Assembly (NCBI GenBank): GCA_030704615.1
Contig: JAKLZA010000145.1
Location: forward strand, 1-21,519
Length of the DNA stretch: 21,519 bases
Origin: Takakia lepidozioides
Taxonomy: Eukaryota > Plantae > Bryophyta
Reading direction: 5' to 3'
The notes under the pieces were generated by a model. The model ran no database searches. It was not told the origin of the DNA and worked only from the letters and a program-made list of their open reading frames with translations. The position numbers were made by a program, and so were the translations under genes. This document shows positions 1 through 10,219 of the stretch, one piece after another (positions within the stretch are counted from its first letter, which is position 1; each line of letters starts with the position of its first letter).

Positions 1-3000
1 TCCTCTTCATCTTCCTCCTCTCCTTCCACGTCCTCTTCTGCGTTTTTGGGATCCTCAGTCGGAGGCAGACGCTGAAGGCCCGCCAAATTGTAATCGTACA
101 AGGCCGTATCCCCCTCAAATGAGAACACAAATTGGTTTGACATCCTTCCCGCCCACATACAGGCACCTGCGAATTCATACGACACAACCACAGCCAAACT
201 CAAGAATGAGTCGCTTCCTCGCACAAGCAAACATACAGAAACGGAAATGGTGTCAATTTCGGTGCCGCATTCAATTAACGTTCTCACCTGTATTTGCAGT
301 GACGTCAAGGACCCTGCCTTCAACATCCGTACACGTTTCCATGAGCGTCTGGATGAATGCAGGACTCCTGGTCCTGCCATACCTCCATGGCTTACCCGAC
401 AAATCACAAAGAATGTCCTTCTCTCCCACATGGTTGAACAGGACGTTATACTCCAGTGGATCAACTGTGGAATCAACAAGTCTTCCTGCTTCACGTAATT
501 TGAATTTTGAATGTTCCTTCACGAAGCAAAATGCCTGAAAGATAAGAGTCTGCAGAGAAGGAAATGAAAACGTCAGAGGTGGCCTACACGTACAGGGGCA
601 ATTTCGGCGCAGAAATTGACATAGCAGAGGAGAACCACAACATACCTTCTGGCCATCGTTGAGAAGACCCTGCGTGTTGATGCAAGTCCAGATCTTTTTC
701 AAGATGGGTGCTGCACTTCTCCCCGTCCATACTTTGATATCATTCTCAGTGACTTCTCCATCGGCTGCTAGCACAACAACACAGCCAACGTCGTCCAACA
801 TGTTGGCTGCGAACCCGAATGTGTGGCTCCAGTATCTTTCGTCGTACTTGTTCCACCAGGGAACTGAGCCCAGTCCCAGTATCTCCTGCCCATCCGGGAT
901 ATCCACAAGGATCATGTCGATGGAGGCTTTCACCGCCCTGCCCCCGACTGTGCTCTTTTTGCCGTGGCTCATCGCCACAAAATACTCCATCATCTTTGTG
1001 TAGCCAGGAGTGTCCTCCATATCATTGCCAGTGGCCTTCCTCTTCCCCTTCCCCTGGTGGGCCTCGATCGCCTTCCTCAATCTCGTTATCTCCAGCCTTC
1101 TGGTCAGAGCAGTTAGGAAATTTTCATTAACACACTCCACAATTGTGGGTGTTTTGAGGACTTCCCTGCCCGCAATGTGCACCGCATGGTAGGGTCTGCC
1201 AGGTGCATCCTTGTATAGTGATCTCTTCGCAGCCGACCCCCCGGAGCGCTGGCCCTTGTGAATTTTCGGACGAGGTGTGGCCCCCTGGGTGTTTTCCTGC
1301 TGGAAATCGTCGTCGGAATCCTCCTCTTCTGGCTGACTGTGTTGCTGCTTCTTCTTCTTGGGTGTGGGGGTCTTTGTCTCTTGCCCCTGTTTGCGCGTTC
1401 TTTTCTTCCTGTCCTTGGGCTGCTCAGCTGCCTGCTTCTCCATCTGCTCCTTCGCCAACGCTGCCGCCTTGGCTGACTTTCTCAGTGCTTTCTGCTTGGC
1501 TGCCTCCTCTGCTTTCAGTCTTTCCGCGTCCTCTGGTTGGGGATCCGATTGCGCCTTCATAGCCCTAGCATTCGCTTCCTTCTTCAAGTTAACCTCCGAG
1601 AGGTCAACGGTCCCACTTGGGAGATCCACATACCAGGGGCAGTCTACCAAATGCTCGGCATGCCACTCCTTCGCCATTACTTCTGTGTACATCGTTCCAC
1701 AACCTCCAGGTGTCCTCCACGCCAGGAAGAATGGTGGAACCCTTTGAATGGCTCCGGACGGAATGAGTGCAAAGTTTATGTACCTGCAATCACGAGGCAG
1801 TTCAACAAAAATCATTCTACCGATGCATCATGCAAGTGGAAGTTGTCAATGCACAAGGTATTTCGGCACCGAAATACGGAGTGGACCGTGCCCCAATTAC
1901 CCAGAACTCACATCTTGCAGAGGTATATTTTGGCGCCGCAATATCCATCGCTGCTTAACCAAATCATCTAAACTTCAAATAGGGGGATGCATTGTCAGCA
2001 GATTACTTGAACAGGACACGCATTGCCGCTTTGTCCGCACCCTCCTGCTCTTCGATGTATACGCTGCGTCTTGCCTTTGCAATTTCTCTGAAAAAGAGGT
2101 TTGCGAAGCGCCCTCGCCACGACTGCACGTAGTTCTCCATTGTCTCAGGCTTCGTCCAGTCGATCTGTAACTTGAAAGTGGTGGTGTTGCAGTCCAATTG
2201 CTCCTGGGCGTGGGTCAGTACCTGCATCATGGCAGGTTTCCAAAACATTCATGATTTTGAAATTGCGACGATGTCCAACACAGAATAGGAGAAAATTATA
2301 CCTGATGCCACCAAGTCATGACATTGAGCCAGTCGTTCATTTTGTCGTCTGTTGGCTCGATGGGAAAGTGGTACAGCAGCTTCGTGTTTGTATGGCCGTT
2401 CCAGATTCGCAGCCACCTCGTCTGCAGCCACCTCACATCGGTCAGACAAGAACTCCAACATAAGAATCGCGAGAAGTCACAAAACAAGAATAAACACATG
2501 CTTACCTTCTCCGCCGGCTCAACACAGGACACTGCGATGTGATGAAGTTTCTCCATGGACATTTCCGGTTTCATGGGTCTGGAGTAATGCAGTCCTATCT
2601 CCGCCAGGAACTCGGCACCAAGACCAGGGTCAGCGATTGCAACTTGCTTAACAAGTTTGGACCTGTACTTGGTCCGGGATTGCTTCCCTACCTGCACAAT
2701 ATGACTCTCTATCGACGCGTCCGCCTTGTTGGGGGCATCATTATCAAAGAACTGCCTTTTGGCATAGGCCAAGTCATCCCTGATGTTCGTCTGCATTCCC
2801 ATACCCAGCAGATACAGTCAGGCCACGGATCCCTGCAACAAATAACATTAAATTGATACTGAAATTTGAGATGAACCTCACCGAATAGAGGATCTCCACC
2901 ATGGCGTCCAGTGTTGGTCGGTACCAGGTGCGATCTGCTTTCGCTAGGGACTTCCTGTACAGCTCGGGATCGAGGGACTTTTGGAAGTCCGTCAGCGGAG

Positions 3001-4485
3001 CTGTCCCCACTTCTTGCACTCTGTAGAGCGTATGTGCCAGATGAGTTTCCACGAAGGCCCTCTCTGTTACCCTGCCATGGAGAAAAAAAACAACATGAAA
3101 ATATGATTTCGGCACAGCAATCCAATTTCCAGTTCATAGAGTGCATGACAGTGGTGAACATTGCCTATTTCGGCGCCGCAATAGGCAGTACACAAGGATG
3201 TAATTGTATACTTACAGATTTATATCCGCCATGGCACCCTTCAACAGTCCTCTGTCCCTGACGTCCACCTTCACGACAATGCAGTCCACCATGTAATGCC
3301 AACTGATATCTTGCGGATGCATTTCAGCAATGTACTCTGTCCAGGCAAGCATCCTGTGGTTCCCGTCCCAAACGAAGAACATCTTCCCTTCCATGTGTGC
3401 GAATGTGGGATTAGTCTTCAGATAGGCTTCAAACTCGACATTAACAGTGTGCCAGTGGGGGCCCCAATTCTGAAGCTCCTCTGCAGTGGGGCCCCTTGTG
3501 ACACCCTGGTCATTCTCAATGGAAACGTAGAATGCTGCCGACCCCCGTCTGTACCCTTCTCTGAAGTTGTGCTTCAGTCGATCGATATCCCTTGGCAGTG
3601 CTTGCCTTATAACTGGAAGGCTTACCATGCGACACAAAGGAACTTTGAGGTTCTCCGGATACACCATGGAGCCCAAAACGCGGCCTATGTTGCTATGAGT
3701 CTCTGCCAGCAACCTGTTTGCTGCTATGTTCATGTCTCGTGCGCTCATGAGCATACCCGCCACCAGTTTCTTACTTGTATCACCTCTGTCACTTCCCTCA
3801 CCCCTCTCACCAGCCTGTGTACTGTCCTGGAGGTTTTGCTCCTCCGCAAGCTCCAGCAGGTTCTGATCGTTGCCAAGTCGTACCACGTTATCGTCCTCTC
3901 CTTCTGTCAGTTGAATGGGCCGCCCTTCTGCAGATCCGACTCCCACATCTCCAGCGGCCTCCACCGCATCTGTGTTTTCTGAAATTGACTGCAAACCCAA
4001 TATCTCCGCTTCCAGTCTCCCTAGGGGTTTTACTGGCGAAGCCATGGGCTCCTTCTGCTTTCTCGGCTTCCGAACTCTAGGGGGCTTTTCGGAGGCGATA
4101 TCTGAGGTGTTGAATGAGGACTCGTCTGCCTCGATGCACTTCCACCTTGTGAGCGCAGCACCCGGGCAGGAGTATCCAAAGTTGACTGTGTTGCCTCGCC
4201 CCCCTGCGATCCCTCCCCAGCTCCCATGTCAAACAAACAGGAAAACATGAGACACTGCACGCCAAAAAAAAGTGTAAAAGGAATATTGCGTATGGAGTGC
4301 TTCACATCCGCGAAGCACGAATCTCTCACTGGTGGGCGATCCGAGTCTCCGGATAACGAGGTCTGCATTTCATGCATGAGACGGAGCCTAAGTCGTGTCG
4401 TCGGCGGCTTCCCAAAATCCCGCGTCCTCCTCTTTGCCGGAGTCGCCTGACCTTCCACAAACTCTATGCTACCACTATGCCGCAT
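1..4485 (-). CDS. Multi-exon gene A: ParB/Sulfiredoxin-like domain + helical region + basic/acidic linker + beta-class N4C/N6A DNA methyltransferase-like domain (3' end runs off window; 5' end uncertain)
   Basis: GT-AG introns at 3072-3215, 2791-2881, 2422-2505, 2222-2301, 1784-2006, 550-645 and 167-287 join the listed minus-strand ORFs in frame (e.g. ADINL|VTERAF, LFK|YINF, VTANTG|ACMWAG). Motifs: FFVWDGNHRMLAW (ParB/Srx); DMILVDIPDG (motif IV-like); RSPAFIQTLMETCTDVEGRVLDVTANTGACMWAGRMSNQFVFSFEGD (motifs X-I-II-like). Probable 1-bp frameshift in the G-run at ~4080. Confidence 0.8.
80..930 (-). other. Beta-class amino-methyltransferase-like domain of gene A (spliced)
   Basis: A catalytic-type motif (IDMILVDIPDG, cf. 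DLILTDPPYG) precedes a SAM-binding-type motif (GRVLDVTANTGACMWAG...FVFSFEGD, cf. DLVLDPFAGSGTT..A....R.FIGIE.D). This is the beta-class order. Confidence 0.7.
3216..3650 (-). other. ParB/Srx-like domain of gene A
   Basis: VPLCRMVSLPVIRQALPRDIDRLKHNFREGY...FYVSI...FFVWDGNHRMLAW...VDCIVVKV follows the ParB/Srx pattern (R...L..S/F..G...V...DGxHR..A). DGNHR is conserved in paralog B. Confidence 0.65.
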
Positions 4486-4735
4486 AAGGAGAGGAAACGC
4501 AGGAGAACGTCACTGCAGAAGGGCAAGGAGCGAGAGAGCGAAGCGGTGGAACATGCAACCACTATGCACGAGCAGATGCGTAAGCAGCCACGTCTCCCGA
4601 AGCGTTGCCACCGTCCAACACTTTTTGCCGTATGGGTGATGAAGAGATTGTGACCCCTGACATGTTCGCACGGATGAAGTCGACTGGAACACGACGCGTG
4701 CCAGTTCCAGCCACCAGTACAAGACGGTTTATCCG

Positions 4736-6410
4736 AATTGCGGCACCGAAATACCTTCCGTACACCGGATGCTGTTCCCGGAGCAGCCGGCATTGAATGA
4801 AATATCCGCACATCATGAAACCCAACCGCCAAGAAAATCCCCTGCCTATGACATTCAACAGTCAGATCGGTACGTTTCAACAGCGGACGGATGAATTTCG
4901 GCGCCGAAATTCATCCTATTCAAGTGCTTTCATACGCAAACTTACGAATTTCGGCGCCGCAATTCATCGCTTCCGAAGTCCTCATCCGTCATGAGCAAAC
5001 CTGTCAGTGGGATATCGGAGCCGGAATTAATTCCGGGACAGTGAAACGGTTGCACTTGGGCACATTTCATCCATATTTCGGCGCCGAAATTCATTACGAA
5101 TATCTCCGTCCGCGCGTAGACGAGGTGAAATCATCATTATTTCGGCGCCGAAATTCATCCAGAGCGAAGACTAAATTGGCACCATGCTACGCTTTGCCGC
5201 CATTATTGCCCCTGACGGACGCTGTCCATGCCTGTTGGACTTGCCATTTGTGGACATTTAACTATAATTTCGGCGCCGAAATTATACTTTATGTGCGGCA
5301 ACGTCCCGTGCGAAAAAGACCACTTAATGGATACTGTCGGTTTCAAATGAAAAAAAACGGCTAAAATGCAATTAATTTTGACAGAAGTGGTTTAATATGC
5401 CGATTTCTCCATTAAATGCAGAATATTCCTGTTATATTCGTCGGAACGGGGTATTTCCAACGATTTACGGAAAATTATCATCCAAAAGCAAAAAGTAAGT
5501 GCCGGGTTTGGACGAATTTCGGCGCCAAAATCCGGCGCTCAAACCCTGAAAAGAATTTGGAGGGATGAAGTCGGCTGAATTTCGGCGCCGAAATTCATTG
5601 CTCGCGAAGAAAAAAAAAATTTCGGGAGGACTTCGGATGAATTTCGGCGCCGAAATTCATTGCTCGCGAAGGAAAATAAAAAAATTCGAGAGGACTTCGG
5701 ATGAATTTCGGCGCCGAAATTCATTGTTGCGAAGGAAAATAAAAAATTTCGGGAGGACTTGGAATGAATTTCGGCGCCGAAATTCAATGCTCGCGAAGAA
5801 AAAAAAAAAATCGGGAGGATTTCGGTTGAATTTCGGCGCCGAAATTCATTGCTCGCGAAGAAAAAAGAAAATTAAAAGGGAGTACTTGGATGAGATTCGG
5901 CGCCAAGGTTCATCTGTCGCAAAGAAAAATAAAAACAGAAAGGACTTCCGATGAATTCTGGCACCGAAATCCATCCGCAGGGCAGCAGAATTAGGGTCGG
6001 AAAAGGAGATGAAGAATGAATTTCGGCGCCGAAATACATCCATTCTGCCGATTCAGGATTACTGTCATTCGGAAGTCGGCACCGATATCCGGACACGTGG
6101 TGAATCACGACTGTAATCAGGAACACATTCATCCGTATTTTGGCATCTAAATTCAACCCATATGTGCAGATACAATTTAATGAATAAGAAGTTCATCCGA
6201 ATTTCGGCACCGAAATCCATCCGTTGGGTGCTTGGTCAGTTTAATGAGGTAAACAAATTACGATTTCTGTTGCCAGAATTCATCCCCTGGCTTCCAAAGC
6301 TGTTACATGACAGAGATGTTCATCCAGATTTCGGTGCCGAAATTCATGGGAAGGCCTGATTTATTGTACCCCAAGTGGTTGTACATTACAATTCAGGCAC
6401 CAAATATCCG
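4736..6410. repeat. Intergenic cluster of palindromic motif AATTTCGGCGCCGAAATT (~20 perfect or degenerate copies)
   Basis: Copies near 4736, 4893 (28-bp perfect palindrome 4889-4916), 4946, 5074, 5138, 5266 (24-bp palindrome 5263-5286), 5514-6018 (tandem block), 6072, 6135, 6199, 6262, 6326 and 6389. Confidence 0.95.
5514..6037. repeat. Tandem array, ~63-bp unit x ~9 (palindrome + TTGCTCGCGAAG + A-tract + TTTCGGGAGGACTTCGGAT)
   Basis: Motif starts at 5514, 5577, 5639, 5703, 5766, 5828, 5892, 5953 and 6018 (spacing 61-65 bp). Confidence 0.95.
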
Positions 6411-6595
6411 ATGTGAACTTGCTGTTCTCGTCCGTTTTTTTAACGTACGTTACACACCTTCATCTTTACGTGCACTGATCACCCATCCTGTTGGATACGG
6501 AATCCTCCAGAAAATCATTTGTGTTATTAGGTAGGACACACTCTTCTCATTGCAGGACTTCGCTGCGGAGCGTACCGAGAGGTCCCGTCTTCAAA

Positions 6596-9500
6596 ATGGA
6601 CTCCCGTGTTTGGGTGAACGTGTACTTCCATCCTGATTCTCTGAAAGCTAAAATACCCTGCGACCAAGGATTTGCGATTGTCAGTGAGCAGTACTTGTGT
6701 GTGAAGTTCGGGCTCCGCCCTGGAACGGTGTTTTTGGAAGAGGAACGGTGTTTTCTGGAAAGTGCCGTCATTCTGCATGCAGATTTCGGAAAAGGCAAAG
6801 AGTGGCGGCTCCCAGCTTCTGAATCCATCCGGTACAGTGCCATTGGTGAAATCGTGCCTAAAGAGTTCCCACGCTGGAACTTGGTTGATCCTCCTTCCAC
6901 AAGAGGGTCTGGCGTGCAAGATGTGAAGGATGTGGGCACCTCTTCACAAGCAGAGAAGCCCAAACATGTGAAAAGGGAAATCCAGGAAAACAGGGAAACA
7001 GTCGTCCACGACTTATCCAGTGACGATGAAGACTGTATGGTCCTTCCATCGTATGTTTCGAAGTCGTCCGTCACTAGGAGTGTTCAGCATACACCGTCCG
7101 ACTCAACTTCCGTCCGCTCAGTAATCGACATATTGCGGAGGATGAAGACAACGGGTTCCCGCTCCAGTGACCTTCTTAGGCTTGATTACGACAAAACTCC
7201 AATCCATTCTGTGGAAACTTTGCCTGATGTTGTGGATGGGAATGCTATCTACGAGTTCCCTCCAGTGCCGGCAGGCGCAGGCCCAGACGGCATGCTCGCA
7301 GGAATGAACAGGAAACATGACGGCCACCCTTGGTGTGTCACCAAAACTTCATCGTCCAACCTGGGTGATGGAGTTCAAGTGAGATATGTATTGTGTGTTG
7401 GGCATCTTAAATGTTTCTCGAGCACATGTTACCATTACACTAGCAAAGGCACCAGGAATGAGACTGACTGGATTGGCAATTCGTCGACCCCATTTTGGCC
7501 TCAAGGTAGAGTTCCTGCAGGGACGTTCAAGTGTGCCCATTGCAACGCAGCCCCTACGTGCATGGCAGTGTGCAACGCCAAGCAGTACTACGTCGAGACC
7601 GTCGGCCCAGCGTGCACCAGAGCATGCATTCACATCGGAAAGCATGAGCACCCCCTCGCCAGAGGCAATTGCAGAGTCGCTTTTCAACAAGCCCAGGATA
7701 TTATCAAGGAGGAGGTGAGGTTGAGGCCGGGTGCAAACCAAAGCAGATACAGCTCGCATCGGCACATAGGATTGCAATTGGCAGAATAACGTCGGAGGAC
7801 GGAAGCACAAGAGAGAAGCTGGGCGAGGGGGACATGAAGGACCTGCTGGAAGCTGTCTCCCATGTGTGCAGCCCCAATGTCAGGAACCACATTGTCAGCT
7901 GCAAGAAACGAATCGGAAGAGGATCAGACATGCACTCCATCTTGGAAGTGAAGCGCACATGCGGCTACGACTTCATCCAAGGCAGCTTCTTTCCTGGTCA
8001 AGGCTCGGAGACGGACAGGTGCTTCATATTTAAGATGTCAACGTGCGGACCGGGGAGCGGCGTCGATTTGGTGAAGCGGATGACCAGTGGAGACCTTCCA
8101 AATTGTTGGGTCATGTTCGACCACATCCGGCGAATTACCAACCACGATTGGGTGACAATGGGGGCACATGTATACGACCCACATTGCAGAAAGTTGATGA
8201 CCATTGCTATCTGCGAAATGAAGGGAGAAGACACAGATTCGAAGTTGCATATGTGGCGCGGAATTAATGAGCAAATGGCGAGAGCCAAGTTGCCCCCTCC
8301 CGATTTTAGGGGCTTCATGGCTGACAATGCCCAGGCAAACTGGGCTGCAGTTAGGAGGGTATATGGGGACGACCCAAAGACTCCAATGGAAGGAAAGGAG
8401 AGATCTTGCGGGTTCCACTTCATGCAGAGTTTGACGCAAAACACGAAAAGGTTCGTGGCGTCACGCCACCGGCAGGATCATATCAGTATGTGCCTAGCGT
8501 GGAAAAATGCGAATTCCATCGACGAGGCGGAGACCGAGTTTGCAACCATACGCGCCTGGTGGGTGTCTTCGGGGCAATGGATGTGAAAGATCAGCCAGAA
8601 CTGCAAACGTGGCTTGCGTGGTGGCATTATAGATTCCGCCAGTTTGGAGACTACATGAGACAGGTAACACATTTCTGTACTTGACAATTGTTCTGTTTTG
8701 TGCTTGGACATTCTCCACAATCAGTGACATATCTAATTTCCTTCAACAGGACATGAGCTTGGAGGATGACACGGATATGCCGACGACGAACATGGCCGAA
8801 TCGGTGCACTCTTCCTGGCGTGCTTCCTCTGCAGCACATCTTGTTGACATGTTGACAGCAACAACAGAAGATATTGTGAGGGCCATCATGCAACAATCTC
8901 ATTACTACCAGTTTCTGGGAGGAAAGCAATGGGGTATCGGACCAGACAGGCAGGAGATGCTGATGAGGGCGGCGCATCGTTCGACCGATCCCAAAAATGG
9001 ACTGTTGCATTGCGGGAAACAATAAGGTCAACGCCGTTACACAGTCGGGGGAACTGCCTGGAGGGCGATGTCCGCAGCCGGCCGGTGAAGAGAAGAATTG
9101 AGGACATGCCCGGAGGGGATGGGGATTCATGGAGATCAGATATGAACATCCGCACTCAACCTCGGGGCGCAACGATGTTGCGTCCCACGCCTCCACGAAG
9201 CAGGACTCGTACCCCCTCTCCTGCAGCATCCATGGAATCGCTGCCAGACTCGGGACAACATGCCGAGGATGGGCATGTTGCTCCTGTTTTCGTTACCCAA
9301 TACAACATTCCAATCGTGGAGCGAGATGTGTCGGCCTCGCAGTGGAGAATTGCACGGACCCGTCCGACATTTCGTGGCAAATGTTGTGCTGTTCGTGTCG
9401 ACACCAACCAGAGATGCAATGAGATGATTCGGAGGAGCCCGCAGGGCGGTGTGCCTGCCCCTTGCTTCACAGGGAGATTCGTGTGCGCAAAGTTTGTGGA

Positions 9501-9870
9501 GGCCACACTGAAGGAGTTTTGGTTATGCAGGCACGACATCATGTCGTGTGTGTTCGGCAAGCCCAAGTATGGTGTACAAGGCATGCCTGAACCACCGGCA
9601 GTCTGGCCTGTGGCAAGTGGTACAGATCTTACCCTGAAGGAGGCAGACGCTCTAGGAAGTGCAGGGTTTTGACTGGTGGAGAGGACAGACGTTCCACGAA
9701 ATCCAATTCCCAATCGTCATCCTCCTCCCACGAGAAGCTCTTCGCCCCGCATACCAGTGGGTGACCCTGCAGCTTGGCCCACCCATCGGTGGGGGAAACT
9801 GAAAAGACGGCGGCCACCAACAAAGGCGAACGACACCAGGATGGCCAACGCTCTTGCAATGCCCTGTTAG
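6596..9870 (+). CDS. Mutator/MULE-family DDE transposase with N-terminal GCM/WRKY-like zinc DNA-binding domain (interrupted by frameshifts and one stop)
   Basis: GCM-like segment DGHPW...VRYVLCVGHLKC...C...CAHC...C...HIGKHEHP (~7320-7655). Catalytic D1 in WVMFDH, D2 in FMADNAQA, CxxH motif ERSCGFHFMQS, and E in TTNMAESVH after a GT-AG intron at 8664-8749. 1-bp frameshifts at ~7737, ~8575 and ~8995; in-frame TGA at 9670-9672. Confidence 0.82.
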
Positions 9871-9987
9871 AGGACTGTCGGGGACTTAGACACTTATACG
9901 GGATTTGTAGGGTACCCTTAATTTTTGCACAGACTAAGACCAACAGGAGCCTTAGGGGTGACAGCAGCGCACTGTAGAGGGGGGTTA

Positions 9988-10219
9988 CACAGCCCGTCAC
10001 AGTCGTCACAGCCGACACAGCCAACACAACCCGTCACAGTCGTCACAGCCCACATAGCCAACACAGCCCGTCACAGTCGTCACAGCAGAGACAGCCGACA
10101 CAGCCGACACAGCCCGGCACAGCCACACAGCCAGTCACAGCCCGACACAGCCAAACACAGTCGCACAGCCAGTCACAGCCCGTCACAGTTTCACACAGCC
10201 AGTCACAGCTTGACACAGC
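9988..10219 (+). repeat. Degenerate 9-10-bp tandem repeat (CACAG-core: CACAGCCCGT / CACAGTCGT / CACAGCCGA)
   Basis: More than 20 CACAG-cored units are directly visible; the array ends at the predicted LTR start. Confidence 0.9.

Larger units (their letters stand above)
1..9950. mobile_element. Mutator/MULE-like DNA transposon with an accessory ParB-MTase-like gene (element A; left end outside window, right end not seen)
   Basis: A MULE-type DDE transposase gene (6596-9870 +) sits head-to-head with a multi-exon accessory gene (-). One palindromic motif is shared by the accessory gene's introns and the intergenic spacer up to the transposase start, linking the two as a unit. No TIR or TSD identified. 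Confidence 0.65.

Noticed and set aside
3296-3982. 228-aa plus-strand ORF, and similar antisense ORFs such as 16691-17398 and 20210-20878
   Set aside because: Shadow frames opposite conserved minus-strand exons, with no recognisable motifs.
5514-6037. CRISPR-like array (palindromic repeat with regular spacing)
   Set aside because: Spacers are copies of each other rather than unique, no cas genes are present, and the context is eukaryotic with introns.
4891-6156. ORFs with repeated MNFGAEIH / EFRRRNS peptides
   Set aside because: These are translations of the palindromic repeat on both strands, not proteins.
1-6410. Bacterial restriction-modification or ParABS locus (GGCGCC is the NarI/KasI site)
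   Set aside because: No restriction endonuclease or ParA is visible, the gene has spliceosomal introns, and motif IV is non-canonical.
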